Assembly: GCA_043228905.1 (NCBI GenBank)
Contig: JBHGNT010000014.1
Coordinates: forward strand, 2,046,001 to 2,110,000
Direction: 5' to 3'
Source of the DNA: Azolla caroliniana
Lineage: Eukaryota; Plantae; Polypodiophyta
Length of the DNA stretch: 64,000 nucleotides
The notes under the pieces were generated by a model that saw only the letters and a list, made by a program, of their open reading frames with translations, was not told where the DNA came from and did not search any database. The position numbers and the translations under genes were made by a program. This document shows positions 38,608-56,970 of the stretch, piece after piece (within the stretch, counting starts at the first letter, position 1; every line of letters begins with the position of its first letter).

Positions 38608-39524
38608 TTTTTGCATCCATTAGTGAGAGTGAGTAAGAACAAGCTTAGTTGGCAAGGTAGATTTCATTCACAATATTAGATTGTAAATTTGTGTGAATTA
38701 TTGAGGGTTGAACATGAACGCATCGATGAATGAACCCATAACGTGCATTAAGAACCGCATATGAAATGAAAAGCATGGAAAAGCAAACATAACTAAAAAT
38801 AAAATACATTAAAAAGAAGAGTAGTTTGATGTAGGCATGCGTTTAATGCGTAGTTAGATATGCAAAGCCATCAGTAAATTGGTGAACACAATTATTGAGA
38901 AAAAAGGGAAATGTTTTACCTCTTGTGAGTTTGTAAACAAGGGGAAAATCAATCTTTTAGTGCTTATGGTTATGACTTAAAGTAAACACCTACATTTTTT
39001 TTAAACGATAGCGGGCATATTTTTAATGTCAAAACCAACCTTTTCCCTCCGTTGTGCTATCAATCAGAATGTTTCTTGAGAGTCCGAAAAAGCCCCATGG
39101 AATCTTTCAAGATTGACGTATTTAAATTTGATGGTTTTGATGAAAAGGTATGCAAAATAGTATTAAAACTTGAAGAGATAGCGATAAAATGGAAACGATC
39201 GATATATTAATGCGCTCACTCTCCTCATGTGACAAGCCATGATGAGCTTTCGAATCTATGAGTCGAGTATATGTGATCCTAACGAAACTTTTATGTTTTA
39301 ACCAAACGTGAGAGGGGGGGGGGGGGGGGGGAAGAGGAGAGAAATCAATATAAATGAACCGAGTCCCTGAATGACAGTCTCCGAGTGGGATCATCGAGCC
39401 TAAGTTTTTCGTGAACTTGACGGAACTTTTATGTTTCAACCAAACTAGAAGGGAGGGGGGGAGAGAGAGAGAGAGATAGTAGGTTCTTGACGAAGCTATT
39501 CAGGTATTTCAAGTTTACTAGGCA

Positions 39525-40085
39525 CTCGGAGCTCAGAGTCTAGTTTACAAGGCTATGTTGGGATAGTGCTCGTGTCTCGGATCGATTCTCTCATCGAGCC
39601 ATTAGTCGGGTAGTATTCATTTGGTTCGCATCAATCACTGCCCGCCCACCCACGATTTTTGCCCTTGTCCCGATCCGACCGGACGCCTCTCTCGCTCTCT
39701 CAAAATCTCGGAGTTTAGTTTACAGGGCTCAATTGGGATAGTGCTCGTGCTCTCGGATCGATTTGCTCATCGAGCCATTAGTCAGGGTAGTATTGATCTG
39801 CTTCGCATCAATCGCTGCCCGCCCACCCACGATCTTTCCCCCTGCCCTTCCCTACCCTGACCGGACCAAGCGCCTCTCTCACGCTCTCGGAATCTCGGAG
39901 TCTAGTTTACAGGGCTCTATTGGGATAGTGCTCGTGCTCTCGGATCGATTTGCTCATCGAGCCATTAGTTGGGGTAGTATTGATCAGCTTCGCACCAATC
40001 ACTACCCGCCCACCCACGATCTTTCCCCCTGCCTTGCCCTGCCCTGACCCGACCGGACCGGACGCCTCTCTCGCGCTCTCGGAAT
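39525..40085. repeat. Three ~185-bp tandem repeats immediately upstream of the beta-glucosidase
   Basis: Units start near 39525, 39706 and 39894 and share GGGATAGTGCTCGTG...CATCGAGCCATTAGT...CCGCCCACCCACGAT. Confidence 0.9.
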
Positions 40086-40143
40086 CTTGGAATCCAAACA
40101 TTGTAAGAAAGAAGTGTGTGTGGGTGCCCTTCATTTCTCTTCT

Positions 40144-45841
<5,698 letters not shown>

Positions 45842-47615
45842 TCTTTTAAGGTTTTAATGAACCCTACCAATGTTTATCACTTAACTGAATAAATGAAAAA
45901 ATTAGAAGTTTATAATCACAGCCACCACCATTGAAGATATTTATCTTGCATTATTAACAATAGCCCAAGCTCAACAATTCTTCTAATTTTGTGTTTACAA
46001 AAGGTATTATAACATGTTTTCAACTTGGCAATCCAATCTCTCTTTTGCATTTCTACTCTGATTAATTGTGTCTACGTTGTTTAGGAGAATATATATTATT
46101 GTTCATGGAGATTTGATATCTTAATGCTTATTTAATGAAAGTTTTATTTTGGTGTCGTAATAACTATGAACTACTTAATTGGAATGGAATACCTTTTTCT
46201 CACATGATGGCATAAAATTAAGTAATGTGATTAAAATTTTACATGAGTAATGTGATTAAAATTTAGATTACGTGATAATCATTTACATATGCTTGATTAA
46301 TCGGGTAACACAAATGAACTTGAATAAAGATTAATAATAAAATTCACAAGACTAAGATGAAATTATTCTATCCTATCATGGAGGTGTTCTTTGATCTTAA
46401 GGGGATTTGTTAGAATAGGGTGTTTGTTAGAGTGGAGTGTTATGGTCACTTTCACATTTGTCCATTGAGTGAAACCTATACTAAATCACTTCTTTCCTTA
46501 TCCAGCCTTTGCATTTGAAGAAACTACAGATCACCACCTCAAAATTGGAGCTTTTTGAGGGTAATATAATAACAAGCATAGAGGTATTTGGGTTAGTGCA
46601 CAAACATTGGTTCAAAAATGACTTGCGTATTTAGATGTGGATGAGAGAATATGAGGAGGATGTAGATGATGTGCAAATGTGTAAGGTGAGTTGTAGAGAT
46701 CAAAGGATAAAGATCAAAGAGGGTGGTGATGAGGATGACTGGATACAATTGGGAGGATTTGGGTATCTATAGGGGAGTGGAGTTAAATGTGTAGATGATC
46801 AATATAATTTCATGTGGGACCATTGGCTTGCAATAGAGTAGATGTTTTATTGTCCATGAGGCAAATTTTGACCAATGGGACCAAATCGTAAGAAGAAGTG
46901 GGGTTACTATTCTGTACTCAAAACTCTTTATGTGAAAATAATGGACACACACATGTTCTCCCCCGTCTTGGGAGATATTTGAGGATGGTTGAGGCGCTTG
47001 GGAAAATCAATTAGTGAGCGCGGGTGCAGAGCGAAGGTCCTAGAGAAAGGTAGTGGAGAGCGGTCAACGAGGGCGATGGAGTAGCAACAATCGTGTGAGA
47101 GGAACATCAAGAGGTGGTGAAGGAAAAAATAGGGTGATTCTCTTTTGAATTTTGGTTTTTATACTAGACCTGAGGGGGTCTTTGTAAGTGGGATGTGTGA
47201 TCCTTCTTTTTCCCTTGTTATTACTTGGTGGGGTGAGGTATGTACAAATGGAGAATCTTAGGTGTTTATTTACTTCACTTGTTCGAGGGAGCCTGGATTT
47301 AGGTTTGGTGAGTTTAGTGTATGGGGGCCTTCAAGGTGGTCTTTGGGTACCCATCTAGTGTATGGTTTTTGTGGTTGAGAGCATACCATTAGGGTTTTTG
47401 GGCTTCCTCTTCATCACTTTATAGTTTTCTTCTTCTTCTTATCAAGATACTTTAGGTTTTTAGAGTTCTATTTTTCCTCTTCTTTTTGAGTTTTTAGGGT
47501 TCTCCGTCTTCATCAACATCATCAACATCAACAACATCATCATCTTCTTCTTATACTTCTCAAGTGTACCATCGTTTACCTTGATTTTTATGTTCACATC
47601 GTCGTCTTTCGTTTG

Positions 47616-49761
47616 TGTTAGAGTTATGATCTAATGTAAGCATATGATAAGGATAAAAGATAGATAAATAAGAAAGGAGAGAGAGAAAGAAGGGTGTCGA
47701 TCCACCCGACCACTCCCGAGCGAAGGGATCGAGGCAGACTCGAGCCTCGATTGGCGTCCCATACCACCGTTGTGGCGTCGAGTCGTACTTGGTGCTGGCG
47801 CGCTCGCTACACGAGTTGACCCACCATAAGAATGAAGTTTCGACATAGTCAAGAGATGATGAAATGAGGGTAGCTAGGCCTCATATTTATAGCAAGACCC
47901 AAGGACCCCAGGCAAGTACACACTTGGCCTAATGGGTTGTCTCAATCCCGAGGGTTAAAAGTAATCCTCACACTTGTTTAACCCTCACACTCTTGTTTAA
48001 CCCTCACACTTGTTTAACCCTCACACTTTATCCACGTGTATAGAATACTATGGTACATTCTCACAACGAGATATTATATGGTCATGTCCATAACATACTC
48101 CCCCTCTTTAAAACAATGCACTCTTGCAATGGAAGGTTAGGGAAATCAATTCTAAGAGTATTTTCGCGTTCCCATGTGGCATCTTTAATAGATTTATCCA
48201 TCCATTTAATTTTAAATTCTAGGATTATTTTAGAACGTAATTTTTTTGTTTTAACATCGAGAATTCTTTCTGGTACATATGGTTTAGAAAATAATTCTTT
48301 AGAAGTAACCAAAGTTTCAGTTGTAATTGTATTATTGCGAGAACCTAGAAGACGACTTACGTGAAAAACTGGATGGATTTCAAGGCCATTAGGAAGAGCA
48401 AGACGATAGGTTGATGAACCAATGTGTTTGAGGACTGTAAAAGGTCCACAAAACCATGGGGCTAACTTAGCACACTTACCCGTAGACAATGTCTTAGAAT
48501 TGTGAGGTACACGTAAAAATACCTTCTGTCTAGGGTTGAATACATGAGGTTGCCTATTATGATCGGCATAAAAACGCGCTCTATCTTGAGTTGTTTTTAT
48601 ATTATCTCGTGCAATATGCAACATATCTTGCATATCCCGAAGAAAGTTTTGTGTACTTCGCAACTCATCATGTTGTATATTAACATCAATCAGGGCTCGT
48701 GGCTGAAAACCATACATCAACAACATAAAAGGACTATCTCCTGTCAACGTATGCTTGGAGCTATTATAAGCAAACACCAAAATTGGGAGATAACGTTTCC
48801 ATTTTGTTGGTTTTGTACCAACATATGCACCGAGCATGCCCTCAATAATTTGATTTACTAGTTTTGTTTGTCCATCGGATTGAGGATGATCTGTGGAGCT
48901 CATGCTCAATGTAGTTTCTAACTTCTTAAAGACTTGCATCCAAAAGTCGCTAGTAAACTTTGGATCTCGATCACTCACGATATCCATCGGTAACCCATAA
49001 AAATGAAATAACTCATCAACGAATTGGTAAGCCAATTCAGGATCTGTTACTGTGGTTTTAGTAGCAATAAATCTAGCTATTTTAGTTAGTCGATCAACCA
49101 CAACCCAGATGGCATGATGGCCTTTTTGGGTGTGAGGAAGGCTAACAATAAAATCCATGGATATAATTTCCCAGTTATTGTTGAGAATTTCTAAGGGATG
49201 TAAAAGTCCAACGGCTTTAAGTCGCTTGGCTTTGTTAACCTAGCACTGGTGACATTTAGTCACATAGCTATGTATGTCAGGACGCATCTTAGGCCAATAG
49301 AATTGAGTGGAGATAAGAACGAGTGTACGATGTATTCCAGGCCCAACTGAGGGTGCATCATAATATTAAAAAAGAATTCTCTTTTTGACCTCAGGGAAAT
49401 TTGGAATACAAACCTTCCCATTATAGTAGAGCAGACCGTTAGCAATGTGGAAGTATTCCTTCGAGGATGTGGCGGTGTTTGTTCCAGATTCAACTCTTGC
49501 CCAGTATTTTGTAAAATAATTGTCATTAGGATACTTTCCTCGAAGGTGATCATAAAGATCTGATGTTAACTTCACGGATGCGACTTAGTGCATCATCGAT
49601 AGTGTTCATGGAACCTTTACGATATCGTATGGAAAAATCAAAGTCCTGGATGAGTCTGCCCATCGTGCCTTACCACCTTTAAGGTCTTGTTGGTCACAAA
49701 AATATTTGAATGTACCATAGTATTCTATACACGTGGATAAAGTATGGTCATGCCCGTAATA
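47616..49761 (-). mobile_element. Deleted Ty3/gypsy chromovirus (G3): RNase H end, integrase, chromodomain, 3' LTR
   Basis: TSD GTTTG at 47611-47615 and 49762-49766. LTR 47616-48095 (TGTTA...TAACA). PPT GAGGGGGAG. ORF 48082-49158 with MDFI, SDRD, GPF, KIKW...ATWE. Confidence 0.88.
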
Positions 49762-50267
49762 GTTTGCGTTGACTCCTTTCGTTCACATCAACTCCTTTGT
49801 TTGTATTGTCGTTGACGTTCCGTCGACTCCACCGTTTGTGTTAACTCCTGTTATGAAATGATGTCCCTCCTTATAGGAGAAGAGTCGATTCGGCTAAGGG
49901 CCAGCATAATTGACTACAAAGGGGTCGACTAAGAGTCGGCTATGTACAAAGGGTTGGCTAGGAGCCGACTGTCCGGTTGAGAGCTGGCTATGATCAGCTA
50001 GGAGCCGATCCGGTTTAGGGCCATCATAATCGACTAGGGACAAATATGTTTATGTATGTATGCATAAACCCTACATGGTGTGTATCTATTATGATGATTA
50101 TCATAAGAGAGTAGAAGGGTGAGTGGGTGAAGACAGAAGAGTAAGAGAAGCGAGTACACAATTTTATGCAAGTCAAGCCCTCTTGAGCGTCGACCCTCGA
50201 ATTTGATCTCTGATCGACGGCTCTGCATAGGCTAGGTTTTGGTATTCTTGTCTTCCCTTTTAAATAC

Positions 50268-50369
50268 AAGTGTACTTTTTTGGACGTAGGGGTAGTTTGG
50301 TCAATTTGGAACTTCTAGGGGCATTTTGGTAAATAGACGAACTTCCAGGGGTATCCTAGTACTTTTCCC
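50268..50369. mobile_element. Possible Mutator-like terminal inverted repeat remnant
   Basis: Repeated AGGGGC/TA...TTTGGT blocks ending GTACTTTTCC, typical of plant MULE/MITE ends. No partner TIR seen. Confidence 0.35.
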
Positions 50370-50477
50370 TTCCTAAAATGGGACAAGAAGGTCTAAAAAT
50401 GAAAAGATTGTTTAAAAACAAAATTTAAAATTTTTTACGATTTTTTAAAATTTTATCTAAAAAAAATAAAAAAATAA

Positions 50478-50617
50478 TCGTTAAACCGTTTAAACCGCGG
50501 TTTCTGGCTGTTAAAACCGAACCGAACCGTTTAAAAAAACTTAAACATGAACCGAACCGATGAAATTGTTAAGCCGTAGTTTCACGGTTCGGTTCGGTTC
50601 AAACCGAACCGTTGCCG
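50478..50617. mobile_element. Possible hAT-type subterminal repeat region (AACCG/CGGTT)
   Basis: Dense AAACCGAACCG and GGTTCGGTTCGG motifs. Confidence 0.4.
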
Positions 50618-50709
50618 ATTGTTAATCACAGTGTGTGTGTGTGTGCGCGCGCATTTGTTTTCTCCCTCTATTAATCCTCATTGTTCCGGTAAGAGAAGAA
50701 ATTCTTATG

Positions 50710-50905
50710 AAGAAGAAGAAGACTTGGTCTCTTTGTTCTTCAGGAAAGTTTCAAGAAATTACGAATCTGTCCCCCTCCAACCAGTATTTCTGTCAACTTC
50801 ATCCTATGTGGAGAAGACGACCTGGTCTCTTCGTTCTTCAGGAAAGTTTCAAGAAATTACAAATCTGTCCCCCTCCAACCAGTACTTCAGTCAACTTCAT
50901 CCTCT
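50710..50905. repeat. ~97-bp tandem duplication upstream of the PP2 start
   Basis: TGGTCTCTT...CAGGAAAGTTTCAAGAAATTAC...TCAACTTCATCCT occurs twice. Confidence 0.9.
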
Positions 50906-50972
50906 GTGTATTTTCCATTGCCTAGCTAAACTAACTAACATAACTAATTCGTCAATCCACACAGCCTCCTCC

Positions 50973-51045
50973 ATGGCCTCCGAAAACACAGAGAATGCTC
51001 CTGATCTTCCTGCTACTGTAGATGGTGATGATACCTTGGTATGGG

Positions 51046-51076
<31 letters not shown>

Positions 51077-52050
51077 GAGAGAGAGCTTCTTGTCTGGCTT
51101 TCATATATGGTTTGGCATTGATTCGAGCTTCAAATATTCTGACCTTATTTGTTATATGTGCAGAACTTCTGGTTAGATGCAGAATGCTATGTTATACCAT
51201 CGAGAAGACTAAATATTGTATGGGCAGAAGATGCTTGTTACTGGGAATGGGAACCACAACCAGGATCTTGGTAAATCTTTCAACCAAAACATATTTCTGT
51301 CGAAACTTCCGCATTAAGTTTGAGTTATGTAATATGATTGAGAGAGATGAGGTTCTTTGGTAAGTCAAGATTAATTTATCTTTGGCAGAGATAGATAGAT
51401 AGATCAGTTGCCATGGCACATAGCAACCAGAGTTACCAGGTTCTTTGGTAGAAATCTATCTTTCAAGCAAGATACTAGTTAAAGATTGTGCAATCTTTTG
51501 AGTATATTTATCTTTCAAGTTAAAGATGATGATCAAGTAAATTCCATGGCTCTTTTGGTAGATCTATCTTTCAAAGCAAGATATTGCTGAGATTTGGTGT
51601 GCATGTTTTTCTCTTGTCCATATGATGTTTCCCCTAAGGTCCCATGAATGCGCGAGCCTGAAGGATGTATGCTGGTTGGACATGAAGGCCGAGGTGAAGG
51701 ACACCGTGTTCCCTCCGGGAGTATACACCGCCTCATTCAGGATCATGCTAATCAACCCGATCGGCTTCCGAAACCACCCCGTTAACCTATCCTTGGATAC
51801 TTCTGACGGCCAACATGCCGAAGCTGAGCGGTTCCTCCAAGGCGACCAACTCAGGTGCGGAACTGTCGCACCTCTACGACCCGTCGACAACGGATGGTTC
51901 GAACTCGACGCCGGGGAATTCTCGGTGGACACCGAAACGCCTCTCACCGTGTCGTTCAACCTCAGGGAGGTGGACAGTAACCAGTGGAAACGCGGGTTGG
52001 TCATCGATTGTGCCAAGATTCAGTTGTCGAATGCTATTAAACGTGAATAG
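50973..52050 (+). CDS. Phloem protein 2 (PP2)/Nictaba-type lectin domain protein, 3 exons, 194 aa
   Basis: Exons 50973-51038, 51164-51270 and 51639-52050 (585 nt, GT-AG). Motifs RLNIVWAEDACYWEW, LKDVCWLD, GWFELDAGEF, WKRGLVID. Confidence 0.9.
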
Positions 52051-52054
52051 ATAA

Positions 52055-52570
52055 TGTGCATTCGAGGCTTGGTGTGAAGATTCGGTTGTCCGAGAGCTAT
52101 TTAATAAGTATAGTGTGTGTTCGATGCTTTGTGCGAGAAGACTCTCGGTTGTCGAGTGCTATTTTAACATGTGTTGTGTGCGTTTGATAACCTTGTGAAA
52201 ACTTGGTTGTCAATTGTTATTTTAACATGTATAATTGTGTGCATTTGATGCTTTGTGTGAAAACTCGGTTGTCAAATGTTATTTAATATGCATAGTGTGT
52301 TGGACGCTTTTAGTGCATTCGAAGCTTGGTGTGAAGATTCAGTTGTCTGAGAGCTATTTAATAAGTATAGTGTGTGTTTGATGCTTTGTGCGAAAAGACA
52401 CTTTGTTGTCGAGTGCGCTATTTTAACCTGTTGTGTGCGTTTGATACCTTGCGAAAACTTGGTTGTCAATTGTTATTTTAACATGTATAATTGTGTGCAT
52501 TTGATGCTTTGTGTGAAAACTCGGTTGTCAAATGTTATTTAATATGCATAGTGTGCGTTGGATGCTTTTA
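52055..52570. repeat. Higher-order tandem repeat (~50-bp monomers in ~257-bp units) downstream of PP2
   Basis: Recurrent GTGAAAACTYGGTTGTC...TATTT; 52056-52310 is repeated at ~52313-52570. Confidence 0.85.
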
Positions 52571-52851
52571 AAAGCTCAGAAAGAGTTGGAAATAGCCATT
52601 CACTAACTTTGTTTATCGAGTGATTTGAGGTAAATTGTTATGATCCATATAACTCTTATTTGGATTTCAAATAGGCCTCTGATTTTGGCAGTTTATATGT
52701 GTGGCTTGCAATATTTCATTGAGATTCATCATTTTGCTTGATACCCTAGAGTTTGTGATGAATGAGTTGGTTCAGATGGAGGAATGGAAGATGTCTTTAT
52801 GTATTGTGTTTGAGCTCAATGGAAAGTTACCTAGGAATAAGGTATAAGTAT

Positions 52852-53240
52852 ACATCACAACTTGCTCGAAGATGAGAAAAAATTAAAATGCAAGAAAAAA
52901 TCCATAAGACCTTTGGAGCTTACTAGGCATAGTCATTGACAAAGTTCAATTCTATCCATTTGTAGTGCATTGAAATCCAAACATCACAACTTGCTCGAAG
53001 ATGAGAAAAAATTAAAATGCAAGGAAAAATCCATAAAGACTTCTGGAGCTTACTATGCATAGTCATTGACAAAGTCCAATTCTATCCATTTGTAGTGCAT
53101 TGAAATCCAAACATCACAACTTGCTTGAAGATGAGAAAAAATTAAAATGCAAGGAAAAATCCATAAAACTTCTGGAGCTTACTAGGCATAGTCATTGACA
53201 AAGTCCAATTCTATCCATTTGTAGTGCATTGAAATCCAAA
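52852..53240. repeat. Three ~130-bp tandem repeats
   Basis: ACATCACAACTTGCTCGAAG...TTGAAATCCAA at 52852, 52981 and 53111. Confidence 0.92.
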
Positions 53241-53361
53241 TTGATCGTTTCCTATTGTTTGAAATCCAAATAGATCCATTTGAAATTTGTCATAGTAAGC
53301 CATATACTCATTGTAGAGAATCAAGTGTGATTCTCTGCACCTAAAGAAGTGTGTATGTGTG

Positions 53362-53400
<39 letters not shown>

Positions 53401-53520
53401 AAAAAAAATTGTATTAACAAGAAGAATGACCAACACTTACAAAGGAGGGGATAAGGTGCTTATATGGTCACCTTCTATAAGCACCTTCTCTCTACAAACA
53501 CACACACACACACACACACA

Positions 53521-53555
<35 letters not shown>

Positions 53556-56500
53556 CATAAATAATGGATTTCATTATGAAAGAAAAAAACACCACCATGA
53601 CTAACTTACTACCAAGTATAGAACCCTTCTATAAAGGGATCTAAAGAATACTACGACACCAAACTCAATGCGACCCTACACACCAATTCAAATGGCGAGT
53701 ATGATGATATGTGACCTTGCAGAGTTCCCTCTCTTCCTGGTGAAGATTTCCTGACTTCTCTAGCACTGTCAATTGCCACAAAAGAAGTCCTTTTAACTTT
53801 AGAACATATTTTCTCACCCCAACTTGCGAATAAAAAATGAAGGCATCCCGCATATTCCAATTGAACCATACCCCTCAATACCTCAAGAACTCAAAAATAA
53901 TTTGAAAATGAGGCATCAGTTCATTGTTCTCCATATGTGCAAAAACTCAACTGAAGGAAGATAGACTTACTCCTGTTAGAGACATCCACACTAAACTGAT
54001 ACACCTCCAAACCATCCTTGCCATCGGGCATGAAATAAATCGATGCCTACTATGTTCCAATTCCACCGAACAAAAGAAACACAATCGTTTAGTAATGTTT
54101 TTTTTTTTTATGCATCTCCTAATGGTAAAGCTCTAACCATAACTCTCCAAATAAATACCTTGGCTCGTAGCATCAATCGAGAACACCAACCTGCCTTGAT
54201 CACATGAAACCACCAAGTAATGGGCTTATGAAAACCCCATACCTTTATAACCCTTTCTTCCAACCACTTATGTTTGTCAATCAACTTGTGATAAGTAACA
54301 TTTGTTGAGATAATAGTCAATATCTTATTTCCAACAAACCTCCAATCAAGCTCTTGAGGTCACCCATCTAAATCAGGAATTGGCTCATGCGAAGATAGTA
54401 TTTGTTGCAACTTATCCCAAATAAAGTTATAACCTTTTGGAATATGAAATGTTGATCTTATTGTTCGAAAAGCCATTAATCTTCTTTGTGAAACCAACAT
54501 AGCATCCTTAACTGTTACCAAACCCACTCTAGCCATCCAATTAAATTGAAGGTTAGCAATTTGTTTACCTTCCCACCTCAACAACCTTGATGTTGCCAAA
54601 ATCTCCATTTGTAATGAATTGGCACATCTCCTTTCTTGTAGGGGATGCCATTCCACAAAATACAACATACTTTGGTAAGATGTCAACAAATGATTAACTA
54701 TCATAGACCCTGTACATTTGAAATCCCTGTTAGAATTAATTACATTCCACCAATTCACTTCAACCTTCATGTTTCCAAGCTTTACTCCATTCTTCTGTAT
54801 AAAGTATGCCACCATTTTTGTCCAAGGTTGTACACCTTCAAACATGAATTGAATGAAAGTAAATCGACGAGCCACCATATGCTCATATAGATTCAATATT
54901 GATGCCCCACCAAGACGCTTCGGAGTACAAACATGATCCCATGCCAACCATGACAAGGCGCTTTTCCCTTTTCTTTTCCATAACAACATTCACATCGAGC
55001 GTGACAACATTTCAAGAGCTTTCTTTGACCATGGGAGAGCAAAGGAAGATAATAAGATACCATAGAGACCATAATCGATTGGACCACCTTAAGTCGTACA
55101 TGAAAAGGCCAAAATTGAGACTTCCAATACATAAACTTATCCTCTAACCTTTTGGATACCCACTCAATAAGTTTCACATGAGAAACTTCCACCCCAATTG
55201 GATATCCAAGTTGACGACAAATCATACCACGATGTACTATCCTTCCTTACCACCCCAACCCTAACATATCTTGTTCTATACATGAAATGAGGACTGATTT
55301 ATGTATATTAATTCTCAACCCTAAACCATTTGAAAACAATTCCCACACATCTCTTGTCTTACTAATATTTTCTTGATTAGGTGCCAAAAACATAATATGG
55401 TCATTTGCGAGAGCTTGAACAATACATGGCTTCCCTAATGGCAACCTTAGTCCAAGCAATTCTTCCTCCTCCATAGCCATATTGTGTAACTTAACCAGAA
55501 TAGGATGTGTCACAAAGTGAATAGTAAAGGACTTACCGGGCATCCTTGTCTAACTGACCTCCGAATAGAAATCAATTGTGTTACTCCTCCATTAAACATC
55601 ACATGTGAAACCAAACCCTCCCCTAATGCGTATATCAACTTAGACATACGATCACCAAAACCCATATGAGACATCAATTGATTTATAAATGACCAATCCA
55701 CATTATCATAGGCTTTCTCGATATCCAATTGTAGCAACACTAATTCTGGTTTAGACTCCTTTGCATAGTCAATTGCCATTTGAACATTTAAAATATTATG
55801 TAAAATGTCTCTTTTTGGTAAAAACCCATATTGAGCATTATGAATAATAGAAGGTAAAACCTTATGCAACCTATTGGCCATCACTTTTGCAAAAATCTTG
55901 TACATTCCCCCCATCAATGAAATAGGCCTCCATTGAGCAAAGGAAGATGGAGAAGGCACCTTTGGCAAAAGCTTGATCAAACCAATCTTCCAAGAATGAG
56001 GCATTTCCCCTGATGTCCACACCTTCTGAAATAAAACCGTAAAAGGCACCTTTAACTTAATCACATATTTCTTAAAGAGTTCATGTGTTAATCCAGCCCA
56101 CCCAAGACTCTTATCATTAGCAAGATGTGACATGACAGGTTCCACCTCATCCTCTGAAACATTAGCATCTAATGATTGTGCCACATCATGCGATACATGA
56201 TTTTTCACTCCATTAAAAAATACATCTCTATCCTTTTTAACATTATCATTGATACACACTTGTACATCCAACAATTGTGTATAATATTCTATGCATTTCT
56301 TCACAATTTCTTGAGGATCGTAACACATGATACCATTTTCCTCTAACCTTACCACATTATGTCGTGCATGTGATTCATGAAGGTCATAAAAAAACTTATG
56401 TGATTGACAATTAGCATCATCCACTTCTTGTCTTAAACGATGTAGTCTAGCATGTTGATAATTTTTTGCCGTTGGGTCATGCATCGCAAAAATTAATACC

Positions 56501-56970
56501 TCTTGATATCCCATCAACTCTACATCCGTTGGCCAATAAGTTAACAACGAGTTGCATTTATCAAGCAAATTAACTAGGAGACTTAATTTCTTTCTCGTTT
56601 TAAAAGCATGGTGAATTCCATAATATCTAGTTAACCTCTGAACATTTGCAACAAATATTTCCCACACTTCATACCCATCAAATTGAACACGATAGGCAGA
56701 TGCATCAATCAATTGACACATATAGGCATGGAAGACCTCATGATCTAAAAATGATGAATTAAAAATCAACGGTGGTTTTCCTAAAAACTCATGAAAACCT
56801 CTAATTGAGTGGTGATTGAACTCAAAAATTAATGGGAAATGATCTGAATAATTGACCCATAAGACACTGAAATATCCAAAATCTCTGGTAAAAAACCTTT
56901 AGTATGCATTACATACATTCGATCCAACCTACTCCAAGTATCCTTATATTGAGCTGATTGAAAGGTATAA

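Noticed and set aside
46400-47610. Possible gene or LINE remnant downstream of the glucosidase
   Set aside because: No sustained frame or recognisable motif; cannot be assigned by eye.
49849-50260. Complete solo LTR
   Set aside because: LTR-like start (TGTT) and repeats, but no clear end or TSD could be found.
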